The translations under genes were made by a program, and so were the position numbers. From positions 1 to 55,936 of IMG/VR virus record IMGVR_UViG_3300033141_004453: a DNA stretch of 55,936 bases, one strand, 5' to 3'. The DNA is from a virus (taxonomy: Duplodnaviria > Caudoviricetes). Each line of letters starts with the position of its first letter. Within the stretch, counting starts at the first letter, position 1. Below, one piece after another: positions 27,731 through 37,333 of this stretch. The notes below the pieces were generated by a model. That model was given only the letters and a program-made list of their open reading frames with translations. It did no database searches and was not told where the DNA came from.

Positions 27731-27928
27731 ATGAAAAAAATAAAAACAAAAAAAGATAAAGAGCAAGAAGTTAGAGATATACGAAAAAGATTAATTGAAG
27801 CTATAAAAAAAGACTTAATTAAAAAGAAACCTTGCCCAAATGAACATCCAATCTTATCTGCTTGTTATGAACAAGTTATAGAAGAATTAAATAAAATCCT
27901 AAATAAGGCAATAAAAGATGAAAACTGA
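27731..27928 (+). CDS. hypothetical protein
   Basis: ORF track. Confidence 0.5.
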   Translation: MKKIKTKKDKEQEVRDIRKRLIEAIKKDLIKKKPCPNEHPILSACYEQVIEELNKILNKAIKDEN

Positions 27929-28142
27929 AAAATCAGCCGCAGAACTTGAAATGGAGGAATTACTGAAAAAATGCGAGAACATAATTAATCATAATTATCT
28001 GACAATAGAAGATGCAAATAAAATCATAAAAGCTGGATATAAGTTATTGATGAAATGCGAGGAATTGAGATTATCAAGAGATAGATGGAGAGAGAAATAT
28101 AAGGAAATTAAATTAATTAAATTAAAAAGGGAGGAAAAATGA
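27918..28142 (+). CDS. hypothetical protein
   Basis: ORF track. Confidence 0.55.
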   Translation: MKTEKSAAELEMEELLKKCENIINHNYLTIEDANKIIKAGYKLLMKCEELRLSRDRWREKYKEIKLIKLKREEK

Positions 28143-28294
28143 AAGGACTTGGAAGAATGGGCGGACCTTTTGCAGCAGGACCTAATGGAAATTGTGTATG
28201 CCCTAAATGTGGATACAAAAAACAACACCAGATTGGAGTTCCGTGCTATCAAATGAAATGCCCAAAGTGTGGTTCTCAAATGACAAGAGCGTAA
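28139..28294 (+). CDS. small Gly/Cys-rich metal-binding protein (51 aa)
   Basis: translated by hand: MKGLGRMGGPFAAGPNGNCVCPKCGYKKQHQIGVPCYQMKCPKCGSQMTRA; GGAGG SD. Confidence 0.75.
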   Translation: MKGLGRMGGPFAAGPNGNCVCPKCGYKKQHQIGVPCYQMKCPKCGSQMTRA

Positions 28295-28303
28295 TTAAAT
28301 AAA

Positions 28304-28411
28304 ATGAAAGTAAGTGAACTAATAGGTTATATAATTGTTGGATGGATTTGTGGAGTTGGAATTTTGTTTTTTATGTGGCTGACAAAAATCCTAATACAAT
28401 CCATATTCTAA
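28304..28411 (+). CDS. 35-aa single-TM peptide
   Basis: MKVSELIGYIIVGWICGVGILFFMWLTKILIQSIF. Confidence 0.4.
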   Translation: MKVSELIGYIIVGWICGVGILFFMWLTKILIQSIF

Positions 28412-28430
28412 CAAAAAATTTAAATACCTG

Positions 28431-28448
28431 TTAAATTATATAATTAAA
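28431..28448. promoter_or_regulatory. palindromic motif copy (17/18) upstream of the glycan operon
   Basis: TTAAATTATATAATTAAA. Confidence 0.55.
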
Positions 28449-28463
28449 AAGGAGTAGAAAGAT

Positions 28464-28760
28464 ATGAATGCTATAGATGAAAGAAGTTTTAATTTTAGAA
28501 AATCACCTTCCCTACAACATAAAGTTAGGGTCATAGTAGGAACACAAGAAAATCCAATATCATATGGAGTAACAATACCTGATTTTATTGCCAAACAATT
28601 TTCTGGCTGTTTGTTGAGAATTTATACATCTGGTACATCAATTATAATGGAAAGTGGTTGTAAGCTCACACCACATGATATAAATCTTGATAAGAAATTT
28701 TGTTTTGATGGAATGAGATTATATTCAGATACTAATGGTGATATAAAATGGATAAAATAA
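28464..28760 (+). CDS. possible AbrB-like regulator
   Basis: KVRVIV...SYGVTIPDFIAK pattern. Confidence 0.45.
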   Translation: MNAIDERSFNFRKSPSLQHKVRVIVGTQENPISYGVTIPDFIAKQFSGCLLRIYTSGTSIIMESGCKLTPHDINLDKKFCFDGMRLYSDTNGDIKWIK

Positions 28761-29926
28761 AATTGTTATGGTTAAGTGATAGTCCTTTTACTTGTACAGG
28801 TTATGCAACAATTTCTCGTAATATTCTTAATAGACTTCAAGATATGGGATATGATTGTTATTATCAGGCTCATAATTTTTTTGGCCAAGATGTTCATAAT
28901 GCGAAATTTGGTGATGGAGAGGAGTTGAAATTTATAACATTGGGAACAGGTGTAAAACCTTATAGTGAAGATTTACTAGTTCCAAGAATTAGAGATTTGA
29001 AACCAGATATTTTTGGTGTACTGCTTGACACGTTCATGCTCTACCCGTGGTATATGAATTATGATTATGCTCCTGCCAAAACCTTATTTTACTTTCCATC
29101 TGACGGCGAAGGTGGTCTTCCTCTTAATTGCGAAAATATTTTAAGGAAGTGTAATTATCCAGTAGCTATGAGTAAATTTGCCCAGAACCAAGTTAAAACA
29201 AGTTACAATCTAAACACATCCTATATCCCACATGCTGTTGATACTTCTATTTTTTATCCTCTATCGTATAAAGAAAAGGAACGAATAAAAGAATCTTGGG
29301 GATTGAAGGGTAAGTTTATTGTTGGTAGTGTGTTTAGAAATCAAGGAAGAAAAATGGCAGATAGATTATTGAAAACATTTGCCATTTTTGCTAAAAAGCA
29401 TGAAGATGCTGTCCTATTTTTACACACTGATTTATTTGATAATGCCGCAGTTTTTGACTTAAGAGTACTTGTTTATAGATTGGGGATTATGAATAGAGTT
29501 GTATTTAGTGGAATGAGATTTTTTAGAGGTTTTGATTACAAAAAAATGAATGATGTGTATAATTTAATGGATGTGTTCTTTTTATCTACTTCAGGTGAAG
29601 GATTTGGAATACCAACTATAGAAGCAATGAGTTGTGGTATTCCATGTGTTGTGACAGATTACACTACAACAAAAGAATTATTAATAGATGATGGAAAATG
29701 TGGTGAAGCAGTACCAATAGTAAGTGAATTAACAGGAAGTTGGACAGTTGAAAGAGGAATTATGGATATTAACAAAGGTGTTGAAGCACTAGAAAAGTTG
29801 TATAATGATGAAAAATTAAGAAAGGAATATGGATTAAGAGGAAGAGAAAAGGTGTTGAAAAAATATGATTGGAATGTTGTAATTAAAGACTGGGACAAAT
29901 TATTAAGGAGGATTGTCAATGAGTAA
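28748..29926 (+). CDS. GT4 glycosyltransferase
   Basis: LSDSP...TGY, IPHAVD, RNQGRK, EGFGIPTIEAMSCG. Confidence 0.92.
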   Translation: MDKIKLLWLSDSPFTCTGYATISRNILNRLQDMGYDCYYQAHNFFGQDVHNAKFGDGEELKFITLGTGVKPYSEDLLVPRIRDLKPDIFGVLLDTFMLYPWYMNYDYAPAKTLFYFPSDGEGGLPLNCENILRKCNYPVAMSKFAQNQVKTSYNLNTSYIPHAVDTSIFYPLSYKEKERIKESWGLKGKFIVGSVFRNQGRKMADRLLKTFAIFAKKHEDAVLFLHTDLFDNAAVFDLRVLVYRLGIMNRVVFSGMRFFRGFDYKKMNDVYNLMDVFFLSTSGEGFGIPTIEAMSCGIPCVVTDYTTTKELLIDDGKCGEAVPIVSELTGSWTVERGIMDINKGVEALEKLYNDEKLRKEYGLRGREKVLKKYDWNVVIKDWDKLLRRIVNE

Positions 29927-31145
29927 GGTATTTTTAGTTAGTCCATCGGAAAAAGGAATTTTAGAAGATGCAGGAGATAGACCACCATTAGGTATAGCAT
30001 ATATTGGAGGATATTTAAGAGAAAATGGACATGATGTTAGGTTGTATGATATGAACCACATACATATTGATGAATTGGTGTTGGATGTTAAGGAAGAGAA
30101 GCCAGATGTTGTAGGTGTATCTCTATATACTTCTCCACTTTATTATAATGGGATGAATTTAGGTAAGGTTATAAAACAAGTTAATCCAGAAGTAAAGTTA
30201 GTCGCAGGCGGATATCATTCTACAGTTATGCCTGAGAGTACATTCCCTATTTTTAATCAAGTTGTTTTAGGTGAAGGAGAATATGCAATGGAAAAGATAG
30301 CAAGAGGAGATGAAAGTGAGATTGTTGTCGGTTCACTAGTAGATTTAGTATCACTACCAAAACCAGCAAGGGATTTACTACCAATGGAGAAGTATAACAT
30401 GATGCAAAAAGGTAAGAGAACAGCTACTGCTCTCACTTCAAGAGGTTGTCCTAATGCTTGTGCTTTTTGTGGAAATCTACCTTATAATAAGAAAGTTAGA
30501 TTTACACCTATTAACAAAATTACAAGTGAATTAGAAGAGTTGGTAGATTTAGGATATGAAGGAATTTATTTTTATGATGAGTTATTCACTGCTAATAAAG
30601 AAAGAGTAAAAAAACTAACAGATAGAATAAAAGGAATGGGATTAAGTTATAGAATTGCAACAAGAGCGGATAAGTTAGATAAGGATATTGCAAAATGGCT
30701 TGGTGATAGTGGATGTGAGATAGTAAGTTTAGGTATTGAGAGTGGTAATGATTATATATTAAGAAAGGTACGAAAGAGAATGACAACATCTCAAAATAAA
30801 GATGCTGTAAGGATGTTAGCAGAAGAAGGAATAGATGTAAAGGGGTTTTTCATAATAGGTCTGCCTGGCGAAAGTTATGAAACAGCAAGACAAACAATTG
30901 AGTTTGCAGAAGAATTAAAAAAAGAAGGTCTTACATTTGCTGATTTCTATCCACTTGTACCTTTTCCTGGAAGTCCTATTTTTAATAATCCTAAAAATTT
31001 CGGAATAAAAATCATTGACAAAAATTGGGGCAATTATTGTCAAGCAGGAGTTAGTGAAATTAAATCTGTAGTAGAAACAGAATACTTAAAAGCAAATGAA
31101 ATTAAATCATTAGTAGAGGAAGCAAAAAGTAGATGGAAAAGTTAG
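29919..31145 (+). CDS. cobalamin-binding radical SAM enzyme (class B methyltransferase-like)
   Basis: PPLGIAYI, GGYHST, GEGE, SRGCPNACAFC, GIESG, FFIIGLPGE. Confidence 0.92.
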   Translation: MSKVFLVSPSEKGILEDAGDRPPLGIAYIGGYLRENGHDVRLYDMNHIHIDELVLDVKEEKPDVVGVSLYTSPLYYNGMNLGKVIKQVNPEVKLVAGGYHSTVMPESTFPIFNQVVLGEGEYAMEKIARGDESEIVVGSLVDLVSLPKPARDLLPMEKYNMMQKGKRTATALTSRGCPNACAFCGNLPYNKKVRFTPINKITSELEELVDLGYEGIYFYDELFTANKERVKKLTDRIKGMGLSYRIATRADKLDKDIAKWLGDSGCEIVSLGIESGNDYILRKVRKRMTTSQNKDAVRMLAEEGIDVKGFFIIGLPGESYETARQTIEFAEELKKEGLTFADFYPLVPFPGSPIFNNPKNFGIKIIDKNWGNYCQAGVSEIKSVVETEYLKANEIKSLVEEAKSRWKS

Positions 31146-32437
31146 TTGTAGTTATTATGGGACAAGATTGTGAGAAGTTTATAGGTATGTGTTTTGAAAG
31201 TGTTAAGAGTGCAGATGCTATTGTTTACTGTGATGGAGGAAGTACTGATAATACATTAAAAATTTTAAAACAAAAAAATTTTGAATTTGTTGAAATTGGT
31301 AAAGAAAACAATCATAACTTACTAATCATAAAAAACAAATATGACCAAAAGGATGTAAGAATGAATGGAAAACAAAGAAATTTTTATTTAAAATATTTAA
31401 AGGAGAATTATAAGGGCTGGTGGGCATTATGTTTAGATGCAGATGAAGTAGTAGAAGATTTATCTAAAATTAAATTTTTCATAAGTGTTCTTCCAAAGCA
31501 AAATCATGATATTTTATTTAGTGTGAAAATGAGACATTTTATAGGAAATTTAGGGCATGAAGATGCAACACAATCAATTCATTTTGTTCCACATAGATTA
31601 TTCAAAGTAAGAGATGACTTGGTTTATGATGAAGTAGAGCATCCAATTCTTTGGTTGAAAGATAAAGAAAAAACAAAAAATGCAAATGTTCAACCTACAG
31701 TAATTTGGCACCTTGCCTACCTTTCTGGAATGTGGGATATAAAAAAGAAATACAAAAACCATTTAATGAAATCAAATATACACACAAGAGAATTTTTGAT
31801 TAGTTGGAGAAATGCACACTTATTTGGACAATATCCAAGAAAACCTATAAACCCACTTGAAATTCCTGAAATAATTTTAAACAATTTTGGAATTGAAAAA
31901 GAAGAATTATACTGGAATCCAAGAATGCAAATAGAAACAAAACATTTTTTGATGGCAAAACAATGGACATCTAATTTACCAACAACAGCAAAAATATTAG
32001 ATGTAGGTTGTGGCGTAGGACATTATGGATATGTTTTAAAATCTTACTTAGGGTTGTATGAATATATAGGAATTGATAAAAGTAAATGGATAATTGAAAA
32101 TACACCATATAAAGATTTAGATATGAGATATATGGACATAACAAAAGGAATTGCTCTTCCTGATAGTGATTATGATTTGGTATTATGTATAGATGTATTA
32201 GAGCACCTTGAAGAAAAAGATTTAGATAAAACATTACAAATTATGTCTTTATTAGGAAAGAAATTTATCTTCTCAATTTGTTATGAAAATGACCCAAATT
32301 GGCCATTAGACCCTACACATAAAATAAAAGAAAGTAAAGAATGGTGGATTAACAAATTATTAAAGTATTTTGAAATTAAAGATGCACCAAGAAATTGGTT
32401 ATATTCAAATCAAATTTTGATAGGAGAGAAGAAATGA
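31133..32437 (+). CDS. GT2 glycosyltransferase fused to class I SAM methyltransferase
   Basis: DGGSTDNT, LDADE, VEHP; C-terminal LDVGCGVG, DVLEHL. Confidence 0.88.
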   Translation: MEKLVVVIMGQDCEKFIGMCFESVKSADAIVYCDGGSTDNTLKILKQKNFEFVEIGKENNHNLLIIKNKYDQKDVRMNGKQRNFYLKYLKENYKGWWALCLDADEVVEDLSKIKFFISVLPKQNHDILFSVKMRHFIGNLGHEDATQSIHFVPHRLFKVRDDLVYDEVEHPILWLKDKEKTKNANVQPTVIWHLAYLSGMWDIKKKYKNHLMKSNIHTREFLISWRNAHLFGQYPRKPINPLEIPEIILNNFGIEKEELYWNPRMQIETKHFLMAKQWTSNLPTTAKILDVGCGVGHYGYVLKSYLGLYEYIGIDKSKWIIENTPYKDLDMRYMDITKGIALPDSDYDLVLCIDVLEHLEEKDLDKTLQIMSLLGKKFIFSICYENDPNWPLDPTHKIKESKEWWINKLLKYFEIKDAPRNWLYSNQILIGEKK

Positions 32438-32586
32438 CAAGAGAAGATAATCCAAAAGCGGGTATTACAAAAAGAGAAATAAAAAAAGGGTCAACTGGAA
32501 TAATTTTGGAAGAGAAATATTTATCAGTGGAAGGAGAAAATTTATCAAAAGTTAAAAAAGTATTTGAGGAGGAATGGGAAAAATGA
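32434..32586 (+). CDS. small hypothetical protein
   Basis: ATGA overlaps on both sides. Confidence 0.45.
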   Translation: MTREDNPKAGITKREIKKGSTGIILEEKYLSVEGENLSKVKKVFEEEWEK

Positions 32587-33281
32587 AATTAGCAGTTGGC
32601 TTAATCATAAAAAATGGAGAACAATTTGTTGATAAATGGATAAAATCAGCAGAAAGAATTGCTGATATATTTTTAATAGTAGATAATGGTTTAAAAGAGG
32701 GAGAAAGGAAGAGGCTTATGAATCATTCAAAAACAAAACAATACTTAATCCAAAAAAACATGGGAAGGAATCAAAGTAGAGACTATCAGAAAATTCTAGA
32801 GATGGCAAGGGAAGAAAATTGTGATTGGGTTTGGAATTTAGATATTGATGAATATGTTCCTGAAATTGATATCAACCAATTCAGATTTTACTTACTTAAT
32901 TGTGAAGATGAAAGTATTGGATTTCCATTATTTGAAATGAGGAATGATGACAAACACTACATAGCGGTAAAAGATACAGATGGAAAGTATAAACATGCAA
33001 GATTGTGCCATAAATGTTACAAAGTTTTGTCACATCTTGAATTTGATAGAAGAGATATACACGGAAAATCAATTCCTCATAACTGCAAAACAGGAAAAGC
33101 AATAAATGTCCTTATACAACATTTTGGCCATTATACAAAAGAATTAAGAGAAGAAAAAAGGAAACAATATGAAGGAACAAGTTTCAAGGACTTAAATGAA
33201 CAAAATGCTCCTTGGTTAGAAGAGGATGAAGACAAAATTATAATAAAAAGATGGGAGGATAGAGAATGGGAAAGAAAATAG
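32583..33281 (+). CDS. GT2-like glycosyltransferase
   Basis: IVDNG, WVWNLDIDE, IQHFGH. Confidence 0.82.
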   Translation: MKLAVGLIIKNGEQFVDKWIKSAERIADIFLIVDNGLKEGERKRLMNHSKTKQYLIQKNMGRNQSRDYQKILEMAREENCDWVWNLDIDEYVPEIDINQFRFYLLNCEDESIGFPLFEMRNDDKHYIAVKDTDGKYKHARLCHKCYKVLSHLEFDRRDIHGKSIPHNCKTGKAINVLIQHFGHYTKELREEKRKQYEGTSFKDLNEQNAPWLEEDEDKIIIKRWEDREWERK

Positions 33282-34228
33282 TAGCATATATAAGAGGTGG
33301 ATTAGGAGATGTTTGGCCTGCTGTTTCAGCTATAAAATCAATAATGGACAGAGAGAAAATAAACAAACAGTATGTTTTTGTTTTAAGTGATAGTGTGTAT
33401 TATTTTAGAGATTATTCACAACAACTTTCAGAATACTCTATACAAATGCTTCATAAGCTAACCAATAACATAATAACAATCCCTCCTTGTTTAAATGATA
33501 ATTTTTGGTTAAGAAAGAATGGAAAAATTTTTGATGATACAACAAGTGAACTGTCACAAGAGGAAGCAGATAAATACATAAATGAATTTATGTTCTGGAG
33601 GCCAAACAAATTAAAAAACTTTGTAAGTAGATTTATAGATAAAAATACAATCTTTATTGATGCTTTATTTACTGAATGTATTGTAGTTTTAAAAGAGGGT
33701 AAGTTTGAAAGGATTGGAAATGAAAGAGCTGTTTTTGAGTTCAATCCTCCACAATTTGAAAAATCTATTTTGGATGGAATACTTGAGATAAGTTCATTAG
33801 TAATACATGTAAGAAAAAAGAATGAAGGTGATAGTTATAGAGAAAGTAGTGAATTCTATAACAAAATCATAAAATGGTGTAATGAAAATAACATAATGCC
33901 GATACTTATAGGAACAGATAAAGATAGATATGAAGGAAAGGCATATGATTTAAGAGGTAGTAATATCTTAAGTTTTGAAGGAATGGCTTATTTGATTGAT
34001 AAATGTAAAATTATGTTAGGCAACGATAGTGGATTTTCTGCAATCAAATTATATCAACAGCAAAAAGATAAATTGTTGATTATGAACTATCCAAGATGGG
34101 AAAGGAACAGCTGGTATTTTAGGCCATTTAACGGAAGTGAGAATGTAAAGAATTGTTTGTTACTGAATGCTAATGAAGATAATTTCATAAAGATAACTAA
34201 AACAATCAAAGAGTTTTATGGAAGATAA
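33266..34228 (+). CDS. GT9/GT11-like (heptosyl-/fucosyltransferase-like) glycosyltransferase
   Basis: RGGLGD, VIHVR, LGNDSGF. Confidence 0.7.
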   Translation: MGKKIVAYIRGGLGDVWPAVSAIKSIMDREKINKQYVFVLSDSVYYFRDYSQQLSEYSIQMLHKLTNNIITIPPCLNDNFWLRKNGKIFDDTTSELSQEEADKYINEFMFWRPNKLKNFVSRFIDKNTIFIDALFTECIVVLKEGKFERIGNERAVFEFNPPQFEKSILDGILEISSLVIHVRKKNEGDSYRESSEFYNKIIKWCNENNIMPILIGTDKDRYEGKAYDLRGSNILSFEGMAYLIDKCKIMLGNDSGFSAIKLYQQQKDKLLIMNYPRWERNSWYFRPFNGSENVKNCLLLNANEDNFIKITKTIKEFYGR

Positions 34229-35330
34229 AAGACAGATGGACGGAACAAAAGCCCTATGGCATATGGATAGAATTATCCAACATTATGATAGAGGTGAAAG
34301 GATTCCCCCTGTTCATATTGATTGGGGGCTAACTAAAATTTGTAATATTGATTGTATTTATTGTTATGGTAAGTATCAAAGTTCTGCTATTGGTCAACAT
34401 GGGATTAATGCTATATTTCAAAAAGATGCACTATTAAGTGCTCTTAGAGAAGCAGGAAAAGAAGGAGTAAGAAGTGTAGCATTTATAGGTGATGGTGAGC
34501 CAACTTGTAATCCTGCTTGGAAAGAAGCAATGTATGTTGGAAAAAATAGTGGTTTAGATTTAGCAATATCCACGAATGGAGTGTTAGTTGATAATGATGA
34601 AGCAAGACGAGCAATTTTGGATAATGCAACTTGGATGAGATTTTGTTTATCTGCTGGAACAAGAGAGGGTTACAAAAAAATTCACAGAAGAGATAAATTT
34701 GATGTTGTTGTGAAAAATATTGAACAGTTAGTTAATATGAGAGATAGATACAATTATAAAACAGATATTGGGTTACAATCTGTTTTTGTTCCTACTTTAA
34801 TGGCAGAGGAGATGGTTAAAGAAAGTGAATTAGCAAGAAAAATAGGTGTTGATTATTTTGTAATTAAACAATGTTCATTACCTGATGAAGGACAATCTGG
34901 AATGATGCAGTTTGATTTAAAAGATTATGATAAACCACATATAATTGATACACTAAAAAAATGTGAGGAGATGTCCAATGATAGAACAAAAATTGTTGTA
35001 AAGTGGCAGGCTATAAAAGGAAAAGGTAAGAAGAATTATTCTGGATGTTTAGCAGTTCCTCTAATTAGTGAAATAAGTGGAAATGGTGATTGGTATCCTG
35101 GCGGTTGTATGTTTGGTAATAAGATGTATGATAATTTAAAATTTGGAAACCTACACGAAAAAGGGTTTTCAGAAATTCTAAATTCAGAGAGGTATTGGAG
35201 TATCATACGACAGATGAAAGATTATGATGTTAGAAATAGTCCTGCATGTAGGGGTGCTTGCAGATTAGACCCTGTGAATCAGTTTGTATATAAGTATTTA
35301 AATAAACCAAAAGGTATTAATTTTATATAA
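34218..35330 (+). CDS. radical SAM enzyme with SPASM/twitch domain
   Basis: CNIDCIYC, GDGEP, STNG, G.WYP..C, FGNL, CRGAC. Confidence 0.9.
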   Translation: MEDKRQMDGTKALWHMDRIIQHYDRGERIPPVHIDWGLTKICNIDCIYCYGKYQSSAIGQHGINAIFQKDALLSALREAGKEGVRSVAFIGDGEPTCNPAWKEAMYVGKNSGLDLAISTNGVLVDNDEARRAILDNATWMRFCLSAGTREGYKKIHRRDKFDVVVKNIEQLVNMRDRYNYKTDIGLQSVFVPTLMAEEMVKESELARKIGVDYFVIKQCSLPDEGQSGMMQFDLKDYDKPHIIDTLKKCEEMSNDRTKIVVKWQAIKGKGKKNYSGCLAVPLISEISGNGDWYPGGCMFGNKMYDNLKFGNLHEKGFSEILNSERYWSIIRQMKDYDVRNSPACRGACRLDPVNQFVYKYLNKPKGINFI

Positions 35331-36058
35331 TGTTAAATAAAGACCTAAGAAGAAGAATAATTGAGGAAGGATATAAAAGAAAACACGGACACTATGGTAG
35401 TAGTATGAGTTGTGTAGATGTTGTAAAATTTTTGTATGATAGAGTATTAACTGATGATGATATCTTCATAATGTCAAAAGGACATGGTGCGCCTGCTCTA
35501 CATGCAGTCTTAGAATCAAAAGGAATAACTCCTCCGTGGACAATTCATAATGAATATGATGAAAAGAAAGGAATTAGTGCAACAACAGGAAGTTTAGGCC
35601 AAGGACTTTCAGTTGCATTAGGAAGAGCCTATGCAAAGCAACTGAAAGGAGATAAAGGAAAAGTGTATTGTTTAGTAGGTGATGGTGAATTGCAAGAAGG
35701 AATGGTTTGGGAATGTTTGAATATAGCAAGTAAATTTAATATTCATAATTTAATAACATTAGTGGATTATAATAAATATCAAGCGATATCTTCAGTTAAA
35801 GAAATAATGAATGAAGACCATAGAACTATAAAAAGGAAGTTAGAAGCATTTGGATGTTATGTAACACAATTGGATGGGCATAGCAATGAAAGTTTAGAAG
35901 AATTACTACAACTTCCAGCAGAAATGTTAAATGGAGTTATACTACATACACAAAAAGGAAAAGGAATTCCTGTTTTAGAAAAAAATCCATCGTTCCATGT
36001 ATACTACTTTCACGAACACCCTGAAGATATGAAGGAGGCACTGGAGTATTTAAAATGA
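35330..36058 (+). CDS. transketolase-like ThDP-binding N-terminal subunit
   Basis: GHYGSSMS, SKGH, TGSLGQGL, GDGELQEG..WE, DYN. Confidence 0.92.
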   Translation: MLNKDLRRRIIEEGYKRKHGHYGSSMSCVDVVKFLYDRVLTDDDIFIMSKGHGAPALHAVLESKGITPPWTIHNEYDEKKGISATTGSLGQGLSVALGRAYAKQLKGDKGKVYCLVGDGELQEGMVWECLNIASKFNIHNLITLVDYNKYQAISSVKEIMNEDHRTIKRKLEAFGCYVTQLDGHSNESLEELLQLPAEMLNGVILHTQKGKGIPVLEKNPSFHVYYFHEHPEDMKEALEYLK

Positions 36059-36336
36059 TATTAGAAACAATTTTTTTGTGGATTGGAGGATTGTTATGTA
36101 TGGGATTAGTTGTTGTAGGTTTAATGTGGGTTGTTTCTTGGATTTATAATCATACAATTTATCATTGGATAGAAGCAAAAAGTATTGTTTATGCTTTGTT
36201 TAGTAGAATACTTGAAAAGAAAAATAACACAAATTATAAACAATTACAATTGAAGGAAGGAACTGAATGGTATACGAGATTTAAAAATAAACGTTATTTA
36301 TGGAAAGTAATTAAAGTAGAGGATATTAAAAAATGA
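36055..36336 (+). CDS. membrane-anchored hypothetical protein
   Basis: N-terminal hydrophobic helix. Confidence 0.6.
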   Translation: MILETIFLWIGGLLCMGLVVVGLMWVVSWIYNHTIYHWIEAKSIVYALFSRILEKKNNTNYKQLQLKEGTEWYTRFKNKRYLWKVIKVEDIKK

Positions 36337-36803
36337 GATATAGTTTTGGAGTTCAGTTAGCAGAAGAAATGAAGAGAGACCCAAAAATTCATCTACTTGT
36401 GGCTGACATAGGATTTGGAGTATTTGATACAATTAAGGAAAAATATCCTAATAGATTACATAATGCAGGAATAGCAGAACAAGCAGTAGTTGGAATGGCT
36501 TCTGGAATGGCTATGGAAGGGTTAATTCCTGTTGTATATACCATTACTCCTTTTTTATTAGAAAGGCCTTATGAATCAATTAAACTTAATGTAATGCAAC
36601 AGAAACAAAATGTCAAACTTGTTTCATATGGTGATTATCCTGATTTAGGACCTACTCATATAACTTCAGATTTAGAGGGTTTATGTAAGTGTCTAAAAAT
36701 TCCATTACTCAAACCTAACTCTGCTGAAGAAACTATTCAAATGACAAGAGATATGTTCAAACATAAATATCCTGTATTTATGTATTTATCAAAAGCAAAA
36801 TGA
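36333..36803 (+). CDS. transketolase-like pyrimidine-binding subunit (no C-terminal domain)
   Basis: ADIG, NAGIAEQ..VGMASGMA.EG, FLLERPYE.IK, GPTH. Confidence 0.9.
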   Translation: MRYSFGVQLAEEMKRDPKIHLLVADIGFGVFDTIKEKYPNRLHNAGIAEQAVVGMASGMAMEGLIPVVYTITPFLLERPYESIKLNVMQQKQNVKLVSYGDYPDLGPTHITSDLEGLCKCLKIPLLKPNSAEETIQMTRDMFKHKYPVFMYLSKAK

Positions 36804-37333
36804 AAGAACATATAAGTAAAGGTGATAAAGAGGCATTAAACAAAATTATACAAACATATAACATCAAATCTGTTTTTGAAATTGGAACTTGGGAAGGTGC
36901 AACTTCTTTATTTTTTTGGAACAATCCCATTGTAAAAAGAGTTAAAACAATTGACATTCATAAAGAGATGGGAATTGATTATATACATAATATCCACAAA
37001 CTACAAAACAAGGAATTTTATGGCAAATACATAAAAAATACCGGTGTTGAATTTGAATTTTGCGATAGTATGAAATACAATCCTAAAGATGGAGAACAAT
37101 ATGATATGGTATTTATTGATGGAAATCATAATTATAATTATGTTAAAAATGACACTGAATTGGCATTTAAACTAAATCCAAAACTAATTGTTTGGCATGA
37201 TTACAATTCAGAAGGAAATGAAGATGTTCTAATTTTTGTAACAGAATTACAAAAACAATTGAAAAAAATCAAAGTATGTGATAATAGTAATATAGCATTT
37301 TTGGAGGTGAGAACTAATGATAAAAATTCCTAA
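36800..37333 (+). CDS. class I SAM-dependent O-methyltransferase (Methyltransf_24-like)
   Basis: FEIGTWEG, VFIDGNHNY..V..D, WHDY. Confidence 0.85.
   Translation: MKEHISKGDKEALNKIIQTYNIKSVFEIGTWEGATSLFFWNNPIVKRVKTIDIHKEMGIDYIHNIHKLQNKEFYGKYIKNTGVEFEFCDSMKYNPKDGEQYDMVFIDGNHNYNYVKNDTELAFKLNPKLIVWHDYNSEGNEDVLIFVTELQKQLKKIKVCDNSNIAFLEVRTNDKNS

Noticed and set aside
35330-36803. Transketolase as a pentose-phosphate auxiliary metabolic gene
   Set aside because: Truncated two-part form inside a glycosyltransferase operon with no other central-carbon genes
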